Positions 19,019 to 28,302 of a stretch of DNA of 32,000 bases are shown piece by piece (positions within the stretch are counted from its first letter, which is position 1; every line of letters begins with the position of its first letter). The notes beneath the pieces are model-generated. The model saw only the letters and a list, made by a program, of their open reading frames with translations. It was not told the origin of the DNA and made no database searches. The position numbers and the translations under genes are program-made. Origin of the DNA: Methanothermobacter thermautotrophicus str. Delta H (GTDB taxonomy: Archaea > Methanobacteriota > Methanobacteria > Methanobacteriales > Methanothermobacteraceae); NCBI RefSeq assembly GCF_000008645.1, contig NC_000916.1, forward strand, positions 450,001 through 482,000. The letters run 5' to 3'.

Positions 19019-19720
19019 TTGAGAAGGAAACTGATCTTAACGCTACTTGTCTTAACCCTGATTACTGCAACATACTACCTTATGGACCCCTTTGCGCCCT
19101 CTCAGGGCATCCATGAGTCTCCAGATGATGTCATCGGCTCGGATGAACTTGGAACCGTTGAAAGGCTGGGACCCTATGGTAACCATGATTCATCCATCAG
19201 GATAGCCATAATAACCGGCGTCCACCCCCTGGAGGCGAAGGCCCACAGTGCCATGATACAGGCTGTGGAGGAGAACTCAGACAGCCTCAGGTACATGTAC
19301 GTCATCTACCATGTGAATGTAACCCGGGCCCCATCAGACTATGAGAAGGGGAGGATGGCTGGCCAGATACTCGCAAGAAGGTACGTGGTCCCTGACATCT
19401 CGGCCGGAGACTACGACCTTGCCGTTGATGTGCACTCCAACAGGGGCAACTACGCCATGAGGAGGTTCGTATTCACACCACTTCCTGAGGATAGGAGCAG
19501 AAGGATAGCCCTGGAACTCTCATCGAGGATCAGCTGGCTATCCTACCACTTCCCGGAGTCGCAGACAAGCCCGGCCTATGTGACAGAACCCCTTATAAGG
19601 AACGGGACACCTGCAATCCTCTATGAAAACTTCATGTACCAGGACCAATCCAGGACACTTGAAAATGCCAGGGAATTCCTGATGACACTCGACTCACTTG
19701 ACGTGTCCATGTTCAACTGA
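19019..19720 (+). CDS. Secreted M14-like zinc metallopeptidase/amidase-like protein
   Basis: Signal/TM 'KLILTLLVLTLITATYYLM'; 'ITGVHPLEAKAHSAM' (HxxE), 'DLAVDVHSNRGNY' (third His), 'PAILYENF' (candidate catalytic Glu). Confidence 0.55.
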   Translation: MRRKLILTLLVLTLITATYYLMDPFAPSQGIHESPDDVIGSDELGTVERLGPYGNHDSSIRIAIITGVHPLEAKAHSAMIQAVEENSDSLRYMYVIYHVNVTRAPSDYEKGRMAGQILARRYVVPDISAGDYDLAVDVHSNRGNYAMRRFVFTPLPEDRSRRIALELSSRISWLSYHFPESQTSPAYVTEPLIRNGTPAILYENFMYQDQSRTLENAREFLMTLDSLDVSMFN

Positions 19721-19821
19721 GAGAACAGCCACCACCGGATCAATCAGGAAGTCACCAGCGAAGGTCCCTTGAGAAAACCACCGCCAGATTAATATACGTG
19801 GTGGATGAAATATTATAGTCG

Positions 19822-20004
19822 ATGATACACTACAGAATGGACCAGCCAGACAGGGTGAGGTGCAGTGTCTGCGGCGGCATCGCAGATGAGGTCGATGAGA
19901 CCTACCCTGAAGAGGGGGACTTCATCCTGGTGATCTACAGGTGCCGTGACTGTGGCCATCTAGAGAAGCGCCAGTACGGTAAACCCGTGAAGATAATTGA
20001 TTGA
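19822..20004 (+). CDS. Small zinc-ribbon protein
   Basis: 60 aa with CSVCGG...YRCRDCG; adjacent to the next gene with a GAGGTGAT RBS. Confidence 0.5.
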   Translation: MIHYRMDQPDRVRCSVCGGIADEVDETYPEEGDFILVIYRCRDCGHLEKRQYGKPVKIID

Positions 20005-20013
20005 GGTGATCCA

Positions 20014-20700
20014 ATGGTTGATGTGTGCGGTGTTAATGGATACGATGAGATCTCAGGAAAACTGAAGGACCTCCTGGGGCTTGAAAAATCCCCGGTGGCA
20101 ATTAAACTCGTTCTGAGGGAGGATGACCTCCCTGAGGGTGTTGAAAAGATAGGAAAACCAGCAAGGCACTGTGAAATGGTCCAGATGGCTGCAGCTGGTG
20201 AGGTATTCTATGCCACCGCAGAGGCCCAGGCATGCAAGGGAGGTGCCGATGCCCTCGGAATCGATGAGGCCCCTGAGAAGGTCAAAACAGGAGAGTTCTA
20301 CTATGACCTTGGACGTTTTGCAAGCTTTGCATCAGCCAAGAGGACCTTCGATAGGATACCATCCGTTGACCTCAGGTTCTATGCAGCAGTCTACGCTCCC
20401 CTCGAGAAGGCCACATTCGACCCTGACGTCATAGTGATAATCTGCAACCCTGCCCAGGCCATGAAGATCTCACAGGCCCTCGTATACACCCTCGGTGGCC
20501 GTGTGGAGGCAGACTTCTCAGGCATTCAGTCCCTCTGTGCAGATGCCGTTGCAGGGCCATACATGAGGAAGAGACCCAACATAACCATGGGATGCAGCGG
20601 ATCAAGGCAGTACGCGGGTGTGCGGGACGATGAACTCATTGTCGGTCTTAACGGTGAAAACATAGGATGTGTCCTTAACGCCCTTGAGGCCATAAGCTAG
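20014..20700 (+). CDS. DUF169 family protein
   Basis: 'KLKDLLGLEKSPVAIKLV...RHCEMVQMAAAGEVFYATAEAQACKGGADALG' typical of DUF169. Confidence 0.8.
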   Translation: MVDVCGVNGYDEISGKLKDLLGLEKSPVAIKLVLREDDLPEGVEKIGKPARHCEMVQMAAAGEVFYATAEAQACKGGADALGIDEAPEKVKTGEFYYDLGRFASFASAKRTFDRIPSVDLRFYAAVYAPLEKATFDPDVIVIICNPAQAMKISQALVYTLGGRVEADFSGIQSLCADAVAGPYMRKRPNITMGCSGSRQYAGVRDDELIVGLNGENIGCVLNALEAIS

Positions 20701-20720
20701 ACCATCATGGGGGTGATAAA

Positions 20721-20930
20721 GTGGTTGAGACGAAGACCTTCAGGATCCTTGAGGATGTTGCCGACCTTGAGGAGAAGATAAAGAAGTATGAGGGTGAGGC
20801 AGACCAGGAACTTGTGATCAACTGGATCTACGACACCCTTGAGATCCTCAGGAACGTCGGTAAACTCCTCGAGGAGGTTGAGGACCGTCTGGATCTACTT
20901 GAAGAGGAGACCGAGGAAAAGAAATTCTAG
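20721..20930 (+). CDS. Small acidic coiled-coil protein
   Basis: 69 aa; heptad-rich and charged; closely downstream of the DUF169 gene. Confidence 0.55.
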   Translation: MVETKTFRILEDVADLEEKIKKYEGEADQELVINWIYDTLEILRNVGKLLEEVEDRLDLLEEETEEKKF

Positions 20931-21012
20931 GTCTCCACCTTTCTATTTTTTCTGGGGAATGAAGAATAACTCCAGTTTTTCCATAATACCGCTGTTCTGG
21001 TGAAGGATAACC

Positions 21013-21678
21013 CTAATTTCCATCAGCATTGGTCCTGAGAAAATGGTCTCTTATCCTCAGGTAGTCACTGTAATGGTTTATGTTCACAAGCTCAATGGGG
21101 CGAGAGGCCTCCACACCATAGAGCCTCACACCGTCCTCCAGCATCATCCAGAGGAGGGGGTTTATGTTGCCATCCCCAAGGGGCAGGTAATCCCTGAGGA
21201 GATCGGCACCTGCTGCAAGGGGCATGCCGATCCCCCGGGCATTATCAAGCCAGCCACTCTCACCCCTCGCAAGGATTGAAACCGTGGACCCATCAGCATG
21301 TTCAGCTATCCTCCTGAGGGTTGCAGGTGATACCGCAGGCTGGTCCCCTGCGGCACAGAGGATTATGTCCCCCCCTGCGGCCCTCACACCCCTCAGTAGT
21401 GACGCTGACAGGGGAACATCCACGGGGTCGTTTCTCACCACACGGACATCCATGCCTGAGAGGGCCTCCTCAACCTCCCCTGCCCTGTGGCCGGTCACGA
21501 CTATGCACTCATCAACCCCCGCCGAGAGGACAGCCTTAACTGTGGCCTCTATGACGGTCACCCCATTGAGGGGGAGCAGGAGTTTGTGGACCGGTTCGAG
21601 GCCAAGTTCAGCCATATCCCGCATCATCCTGCTTCCCCTGCCGGCTGCAGCAACAACAGCTGAGATCATATTACCCAC
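21013..21678 (-). CDS. MobA/CofC-like NTP transferase
   Basis: 'MISAVVAAAGRGSRM...HKLLLPLNGVTVIEATVKAVLSAGVDECIVVTGHRAGEV' nucleotidyltransferase fold signature. Confidence 0.75.
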   Translation of the reverse strand: MGNMISAVVAAAGRGSRMMRDMAELGLEPVHKLLLPLNGVTVIEATVKAVLSAGVDECIVVTGHRAGEVEEALSGMDVRVVRNDPVDVPLSASLLRGVRAAGGDIILCAAGDQPAVSPATLRRIAEHADGSTVSILARGESGWLDNARGIGMPLAAGADLLRDYLPLGDGNINPLLWMMLEDGVRLYGVEASRPIELVNINHYSDYLRIRDHFLRTNADGN

Positions 21679-22850
21679 CTATGCCGGTTCAAGCCTGTAT
21701 AACCTGGCGTATATCCTTGTATTGGCACCTGAACCCGTTGTCCACATCTCTATGAGTACCGGGTATTTCCCTGTGTTCCGGACCTTTATACCTGTTGCCG
21801 GGTTGAAGCCAAAGAGGACCGCATGGAACTCCCAGGTCATACCCCGCGGGAGGGGCATGCCAGCCGAGGTCACGATGGCCCTCAGGGCCCTTGCAGGTGG
21901 GCATGAACCATGGGATGCATAACCCCCGGGGGCTTCAGGGTCCCTTGATGCTGTGAATCTCACGGTCTCCTTACCCGAGGCCTCACTGCCAGGCGGGATT
22001 ATGGTCCCGTTCCATGCTGAGGCGAAGGCCCTCGCATTGAAGGCCCTCCTGTTATCATCGTACTGGGGGTAGAATCCAAGGTAACTCACTGCACTGGATA
22101 CAAGGGACCTCCTGCTGTTATCAATGTAAACCATCACAGGTGAACCAGAGGGGTAGTTCTCCATGTACTCAAGCACGGTATCGCCAAAGAGTTTCTCTAT
22201 CATCCCTGGAGGTACAGGGAGCCTTCCGTCGCTGAAGTTTGAGAGCTGGTAGTCCAGCGCAATCCTGTCGCCCTCATCGGCCCTCCTGTACCATCTCTTT
22301 ATCCTCTCAATGGATCTGTACCGGTGGGGGACTGTGCTGTTGCTTATGCTCCCTGCCGGTACAAAACGGACCCTTTTTCCATTTTCAACTATCTCCACAC
22401 CATCCTTCCTTTTAACCCCGTAGGTGTAGGGTGTCTTGTAGGCCCAGAGGAAGGTGGGGGGCTCCTCCACCACGAGCCTCTCCCCCTGCACCCTGAGGGA
22501 CCCCGGACCGCTGACGGCGGACCTGCCACTTGCATCCACACCCTCTGTCATCTCGGATATGGGGACATGAACGGCTCCTGTCAGCACGGCCTGGAGGAGG
22601 TTTGATGGGTTGAAGTAGTTGAATTCGTCAAGGATGTAGTCAGGGTGCAGCATGATGGGCACGCTCCTCACCCTGGACTCGTCGATGACGTCCTGGCCCT
22701 CAAGTACTGTACTGCCCAGGGCAGGGCCGCTATCTCCACAGGGTTCTGGGGTTCAACCGTTCCCTCAAGGTACCGGCCGCCAGCCGCTGCAGCTGCAACC
22801 AGAATTATTAAAATGATGACGTGTTTACCTGATAGACTCCTCAGCATACC
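21679..22850 (-). CDS. Membrane-anchored extracytoplasmic protein, weakly VanW-like at the C-terminus (N-terminal frameshift)
   Basis: ATG at 22850 gives MLRSLSGKHVIILIILVAAAAAGGRYLEGTVEPQNP; the remainder (CGDSGPALGSTVLEGQDVIDESRVRSVPIM...) is in the frame of the 22671-21679 ORF. C-terminus 'NARAFASAWNGTIIPPG...GIKVRNTGKYPVLIEMW'. Confidence 0.55.
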
Positions 22851-24297
22851 TGTATCCCCCCTCTCCTATTATGAGCACCGTGTCATCAGGTCCTGCAAGT
22901 TCAAGGGCCTTCCTGACGGCCTCAGCTACCTGCTCCCTGCTGGCACCCAGGGTGCCTCCACCGGCCCTCATCCTGCTGGACCCTATGTGGACCGCTCTCT
23001 CTCCAAGGATGTCTGAGGCCCTCCTGGCGGCGTAGGATGCTGGTATGACCACATCCGCATCCTTGAGGATCGCTGCAATCTCCCTGTCCCCATCGATCCC
23101 GCTCTCAGATGCCACGGTGTTGACCACTATGAGTCTGCCCTTTCCCCTGAGGTCCTGCATCACTGCCCTGACACCTGCAGGGTTGTGGGCGTAGTCCAGG
23201 ATTATCCTGGGCGACTCTGAGAGTTCCTGGAACCTCCCCGGGACGCCTTTGAATGATTCCAGACCCCGGACTATGTCATCAATTTCCAGTCCCATGGTCC
23301 ATGCGGTTGCAGCTGCCGCCAAGGCGTTGTAGACATTGAATATCCCGGGGGTTGCAAGCCTTACCTCCCTCATCTCCTGACCGATTACGAGCTTGAAGCC
23401 CCCGGGGGATGCCTCGATGGCCATGACATCTGGCTGGGGTCTCAGGTACCCGCAGATGCACTGGTAGTCGCCGAGGTGCCCAATGGTTCTCCTGGTGTAC
23501 CTGAGGGGCTTCCCGCACTTGGGGCACTCCCTGCCCTCAGGCACCACGCCACCGGATTCAGAGCTCTGTATGCCATAGAACACAACCCTCTCACGGGGGA
23601 GTCCGTCTGCAAGGGAGGCTACAATGGGGTCATCTGCATTCAGGACAAGGTCCTCTGCAACCTCCACCATTTCACCCTTGCATTCAATGTAGTCAGAGAA
23701 TCTCCGCCCAGCTGAGAGGTGGTCCCTTGATATGTTTGTTATAACACCCACCGAGACACCTGAGAGCATCGCGGAGCTTCTTATCTCCCCCCTCCTGCCG
23801 AAGGTACCTATCTCAACGACGGCGACGTCACCCGGCAGCCTTGCCTGGAGGGCAGGTACAAGTTCAGTGTTTCCCTGGATGTTCAGGTGGTGCTCCGGGA
23901 CCCTCATACCTGCAACCCGCATTATGGATTTGAGCATGCCAGTGGTTGTTGTTTTCCCGTTTGTCCCTGTAACACCCACCACCGGTTTATCCACAGGGCA
24001 CATGTTGAGTACGTCCTCAACACCTATGACGTCGGCGTCAAGGCCACCTGTGAGGTCAAGGATCTTCCGGTTATTCTCAAGGGCAGGTGTTATGGCCACC
24101 GTCCTCGCCCTCCTGAGTATCTCAGGGTCATGTCCTCCGAGGTCGAGGTGTATGCCCTCCTCCCTCAGCACATCCGCCAGGGGTGTGTCCTCCCGGAGAT
24201 TCCGAGACCACGACCCTGTGGCCCCGGGCCTGAGGTTTCTTGCCATCAGGTCTCCGACGTTCCCCAGACCCCCAAGGACGACCACACAGTCCTCCAC
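22825..24297 (-). CDS. Mur ligase family protein with MurT-like zinc ribbon (pseudomurein-type), in the same ORF as the upstream ligase
   Basis: 'VVGVTGTNGKTTTTGML', 'ECPKCGKPLRYTRRTIGHLGDYQCICGY', 'FNVYNALAAAATAW', 'ILDYAHNPAGVRAVM'. GTG at 24297 is preceded by GGAGG. Confidence 0.75.
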   Translation of the reverse strand: MEDCVVVLGGLGNVGDLMARNLRPGATGSWSRNLREDTPLADVLREEGIHLDLGGHDPEILRRARTVAITPALENNRKILDLTGGLDADVIGVEDVLNMCPVDKPVVGVTGTNGKTTTTGMLKSIMRVAGMRVPEHHLNIQGNTELVPALQARLPGDVAVVEIGTFGRRGEIRSSAMLSGVSVGVITNISRDHLSAGRRFSDYIECKGEMVEVAEDLVLNADDPIVASLADGLPRERVVFYGIQSSESGGVVPEGRECPKCGKPLRYTRRTIGHLGDYQCICGYLRPQPDVMAIEASPGGFKLVIGQEMREVRLATPGIFNVYNALAAAATAWTMGLEIDDIVRGLESFKGVPGRFQELSESPRIILDYAHNPAGVRAVMQDLRGKGRLIVVNTVASESGIDGDREIAAILKDADVVIPASYAARRASDILGERAVHIGSSRMRAGGGTLGASREQVAEAVRKALELAGPDDTVLIIGEGGYRYAEESIR

Positions 24298-25825
24298 GGA
24301 TTTCAGGGCCTCCTCTATGTCGGACCTTACATTTTCGTAGGTGTTGACAACCCCGGGGCCTATGTGAAGGATGGTGTCCCCTGGCTCCGCGATCTCAAGG
24401 GCCCTCCTTATGCTGTCGTATACGCTCTCAGTCTTTATGGTCCTCTCCTCGCCGGCGCCCCACGCCACCTCATCGGCGGCCTCCATGTCTGTGACGCCTG
24501 TTGTCTCGTTCTTTGCACTTACGATGATGGTGTGGGCCCTCTCAGCCAGCACCCTCCCTATCCTTTCCTTGTCCCTCACCGTGAGGGTGTCAGGGTTGTC
24601 GAGGCTCACTATGAGTCTGCCCTGGAACTCCATGCCCTCGAAGAGTTTCTCCATGCTCTCGGGGTTGTGGGCTGCGTCCATGTATACCCTGACACCGTCA
24701 ACCTCGTCTATGAACTCAAATCTGCCCCTTATGCCCCTGAAGTCCTCGATACTCCTCTTAATATCCTCCATGTCGAATCCGAGTATGAGTGCGACGGTTA
24801 TGGCTGCGAGGGCATTTTCAATGTTGAATATGCCCGGGACCCTGAGGTTTATCCTCTCCCTCAGGGGCCCCACAGAGACGGCCTCATCATGTTTCCTGCA
24901 GTTGAGGGCTCCGCAGGTGCTGCAGATGGCTGTCTGTATCTCTGATACATTCAGGGTGAAGGTGGATCCTGCAAGTCCCCTCAGCTCTATATCGGAGGCC
25001 CTGACCTGGATACTGGCTGAGCATGAATCTCCTTCCCATGAATTCAACGGTCCTCCTCTCACCCACACCATAGACCACATTTTCTACTTCAAGGTCGTCC
25101 AGGAGGCTCGATATGACCGGGTCATCACCACATAGTGCCAGAACTCCGCCAGGAGCCATGAGGTCCTTTATTGAGAAGTTCCTCTCAATGTACTCATCGT
25201 AGTTACTGAATTCGTCCATGTGATCCGGTGTGAGGTTTGTCACAACCCCTGCTGAGAGTTCAAGGCCCTCAGCCATCCTTATCGTCCCGTGGGGGAGTTC
25301 AAACACTGCAAGATCCCTGTCGTCGATATCCCCATTTACCACAAGTTCCACGAGGCCCTCTATCACCAGTGAATCCTGGAGTGATGAGAATGATACTGTC
25401 CTGTAACGTGAGGAGAGGATGTGGTCTATCATGTTGGTTGTCGTGGTCTTCCCATCGGTTCCCGCAACTCCGACCATTGGGAGCCCTATGAGTTCATTGA
25501 GGGTCCTCCCTATATCAGAGGTTGTTATGTGGACCAGGTCCCCTGCTTCCCTTACCATTTTACGTACCGGTGCGTCCTGGGGGATGTTGGGTGATATGAA
25601 AACAGCGTCAGCCCAGAGTATGTCCTCCATGCTGTGACCCCCGAACCTGAACATCACGCCCTCATCCTCCATCTCAGCTATCCTCTTCTGGGCCTTCAGG
25701 GGTAGTTCATGGAGTTCCCTGACGTCGTTCACAAGTACCCTGTTGTTCAGGTGGTTGAGCAATCTCGCTGCGGGTCTACCTGCGTTTCCAGCTCCAATCA
25801 CAAGCACTTTCATGTTCCTGATCAA
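24298..25825 (-). CDS. Mur ligase family protein, split by a frameshift near 25040
   Basis: N-terminal half 'VVGVAGTDGKTTTTNMIDH' (ORF 24887-25825); C-terminal half 'NIENALAAITVALILGF...VYMDAAHNPESM' in the other frame (751-aa ORF). Confidence 0.8.
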
Positions 25826-26116
25826 TTAAATGCACCCATAAACGTTTTTATTAAACACGCGTTCCTTCCTGATTAATCTGTGAATAAGAGTCACCTGATG
25901 GCACCCGTCCTGACCGAGGTAGTGGGTGTACCTATGGATCATTCGGTGGGATATCTACCAGAGGCAGTCTACCTAAAGATCCTCACCCGGGAGGATATGT
26001 ATCCACCCATAGACACTCTACCTATAAAGATATGTTCTCATCCTATATAGCTATCAGATCCCGGGTCAGGCATCTGGCTCAGTAATCCATGAACTCCCTG
26101 GAGTGTTAGAGGTGAT

Positions 26117-27331
26117 CTAGAGACAGGATGCAAGTCCCTCAAGTTCCTCCTGGACCCGGATTATCACATCCTGACCGTTACCAGCCACAAGTATCCTCCT
26201 GTACTCCCTGGAGAACTCCCTCACCATTTCAGGGATATCCCCCGGGTCATGGACAGTCAGGATCTCTGATGGAATCCTGAGGCTCTTAAGGTGCTCAAGG
26301 GCCATGTCAACTGTATCATCGAGGCCCGGGAAGAGTACCAGGATTTCGGGTGGAGACTCTGCGATTTCATCAAGAATCCCCAGGCGCCACTCCTCTGATC
26401 TTCGTGGTGTGCCAAGGAATATGACATCAAAATTAGATTCCCTGAGCAGTGCCCTCATGGCGTGGGGGTTATCGGTTTTACCTGCAACTACCAGTGCATC
26501 GTTTACACTGAAGGACCTTATACGGCCAGCCACCGGTCTGAATACTGAGAGGTGCCTGGAGATGACTTCTGAGGGTACCCCGAGGAATTCCAGTGCCTCT
26601 GCAGCGGCCCCAGCGTTGAGCCTGTTGAACTCCCCCTCCAGGACGAGTTCGCCCCTGTAGGGGGTGTACTCCATGACACTGCTGGCCCCTGATGTTAGTT
26701 CCTCCAGGTGGGGTTCATCTGCAGAGATCACCACAGCCCTGCCCTCCAGGAAGCTGGCCACTGATTCCCTGTAGTTCTCCATGGAGCCATGGAAGTTCAG
26801 GTGGTCCTCGCCGAGGTTTGTGATGACGGCCAGATCAATATCGAAGCACTCAGATGCGAATTCAAGGGTCATGTCGCAGACCTCAACCACGATGTAATCG
26901 AATTCCTCCTCAGCTGCCCTCAGGATTACCTCTGTGTATCCATCAAAGCCTCCCCCGGCGTTTCCACCGAGAAGGACCCTCCAGCCTGAACTCTCCAGTA
27001 CATGTGCTATCATTGACGCCGTCGTGGTCTTCCCGTTGGTCCCTGTAACTGCAACGGTGACAGGGACCCTGTGCCCCCTGAGTACCCTGCAGAGAAGCCT
27101 GTCACTGAAGCTCTCCCAGAGCCCCGTGCCAAAGATCGAGGGGCTCAGCACCACAGCATCCGATGATGCTATCCTTTCGGTGTCATGGAAGCCCAGGTCA
27201 ACGTCCACACCCTCGAGGTTCAGATCAATGTCCGCCCTTATATCACTGGCGTATACCCTGTGTCCCCTCCTCCTGAGGGATTCAACAGCCTTTAAACCCT
27301 CAGCTCCAAGTCCCAGAACCGCAACCTTCAT
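26117..27331 (-). CDS. Mur ligase family protein (third module)
   Basis: 'VTVAVTGTNGKTTTASMIAHVLE', 'AVITNLGEDHLNFHGSMENY', N-terminal Rossmann 'MKVAVLGLGAEGLKAVESL'. Confidence 0.85.
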   Translation of the reverse strand: MKVAVLGLGAEGLKAVESLRRRGHRVYASDIRADIDLNLEGVDVDLGFHDTERIASSDAVVLSPSIFGTGLWESFSDRLLCRVLRGHRVPVTVAVTGTNGKTTTASMIAHVLESSGWRVLLGGNAGGGFDGYTEVILRAAEEEFDYIVVEVCDMTLEFASECFDIDLAVITNLGEDHLNFHGSMENYRESVASFLEGRAVVISADEPHLEELTSGASSVMEYTPYRGELVLEGEFNRLNAGAAAEALEFLGVPSEVISRHLSVFRPVAGRIRSFSVNDALVVAGKTDNPHAMRALLRESNFDVIFLGTPRRSEEWRLGILDEIAESPPEILVLFPGLDDTVDMALEHLKSLRIPSEILTVHDPGDIPEMVREFSREYRRILVAGNGQDVIIRVQEELEGLASCL

Positions 27332-27359
27332 TGATTCACCGTTAACTGCTCTTTAAGGA

Positions 27360-27635
27360 TCATTTCTCATCCTTCTCATCAGAGAATCCCTGCTCCTCTT
27401 CATTTTCTTCATCATCGGAGATTCCGTACTCCTCCTTGAGCTGGGCTATTAGATCCTCATTCATGGATACCTCTGGTATCACAGCCTTTTCATCCTCGCT
27501 GGCTCCCCTTTTCCTTCCTATGGAAACAATCAGTACAACTATAACTGCAATGGCCACTATAACGGCTGCAACGGTTATCAGAACATCAATGCCTATTGCT
27601 GGAGTCTCTGTGCCGGCGCCGGGTCCCATGGTCAC
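27360..27635 (-). CDS. Small single-TM protein with acidic C-terminus
   Basis: 91 aa; 'IGIDVLITVAAVIVAIAVIVVLIVSIGRKRG' TM and a charged tail; GAGGTG RBS upstream. Confidence 0.6.
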   Translation of the reverse strand: MTMGPGAGTETPAIGIDVLITVAAVIVAIAVIVVLIVSIGRKRGASEDEKAVIPEVSMNEDLIAQLKEEYGISDDEENEEEQGFSDEKDEK

Positions 27636-27676
27636 ACCTCAATTTTATATAAATAATCATACAATATATATCTTAC
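27636..27676. promoter_or_regulatory. Compact overlapping divergent promoter region
   Basis: 41 bp between divergent starts, containing 'TTTATATAAAT' and 'AATATATATCTT' (TATA-like on both strands). Confidence 0.4.
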
Positions 27677-28240
27677 ATGATAATCAAGGATTTAAGGGGA
27701 CAGGGTGGTGCTGAGTACATACTCCTTTTTGCGGCCATAATAGTGATAGCCGTTGCAGCTCTCTACATATACAGCTCCTACTTCAGGTTTTCAGGGAACG
27801 AGGCCGTTGATGTTAAACTCACCATAACAAATATCGGTCCATCCAAGAGCAAGTTCATCTATGAGGCCAACAACACCACCGGCGGCGGAAGCAGACACAT
27901 AGTATCCGGGGATCCAGGTAACAGGTTCTTCCTTCTCCAGCCCGGTGCAAGCCGTACCTTCAACCTTGGAAGGATGAGTGGAGGTACGAGCTTCACCATA
28001 GAGGGAGGAGTCGGAGACCCCAAAGGCGGAACAGATGACCTCAAGGGTATAGGGCAGAGGGGCCGGTGGACGCTGAAAATAGGCAACCAGAGCTACTCAT
28101 GGGTTATAAGCGGACCATATGATTACCGCAGGAACCCCACCGGTAGCGTGCTGATGTCATTCTCCATAAGCGGAGGTGGAGGTTCACCCTTCAAATTCAC
28201 CAGCGACCAGGTCAAGGTGAGGGGAAACGTGTCAGGATGA
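27677..28240 (+). CDS. Archaeal class III signal peptide (type IV pilin-like) secreted protein
   Basis: '[30 protein letters not shown]' is a pilin-like (DUF361-type) signal. Confidence 0.75.
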   Translation: MIIKDLRGQGGAEYILLFAAIIVIAVAALYIYSSYFRFSGNEAVDVKLTITNIGPSKSKFIYEANNTTGGGSRHIVSGDPGNRFFLLQPGASRTFNLGRMSGGTSFTIEGGVGDPKGGTDDLKGIGQRGRWTLKIGNQSYSWVISGPYDYRRNPTGSVLMSFSISGGGGSPFKFTSDQVKVRGNVSG

Positions 28241-28302
28241 GCACCTAAACTGAAAACCCATGGCTAAATGCCGCGGGGAATCAGGATGAAAACCTTCAAG
28301 GG

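Noticed and set aside
20014-20930. Novel operon of DUF169 and coiled-coil proteins
   Set aside because: The neighbouring small coiled-coil gene gives no functional clue; ordinary conserved hypothetical genes.
23887-24945. 352-aa plus-strand ORF opposite the Mur ligases
   Set aside because: Lies fully antisense to a well-supported Mur ligase coding region; no recognisable domain.
22825-25080. Called 751-aa protein starting MWSMVWVRGG
   Set aside because: The first residues come from the wrong frame; the real coding content continues from the upstream ORF after a one-base correction.
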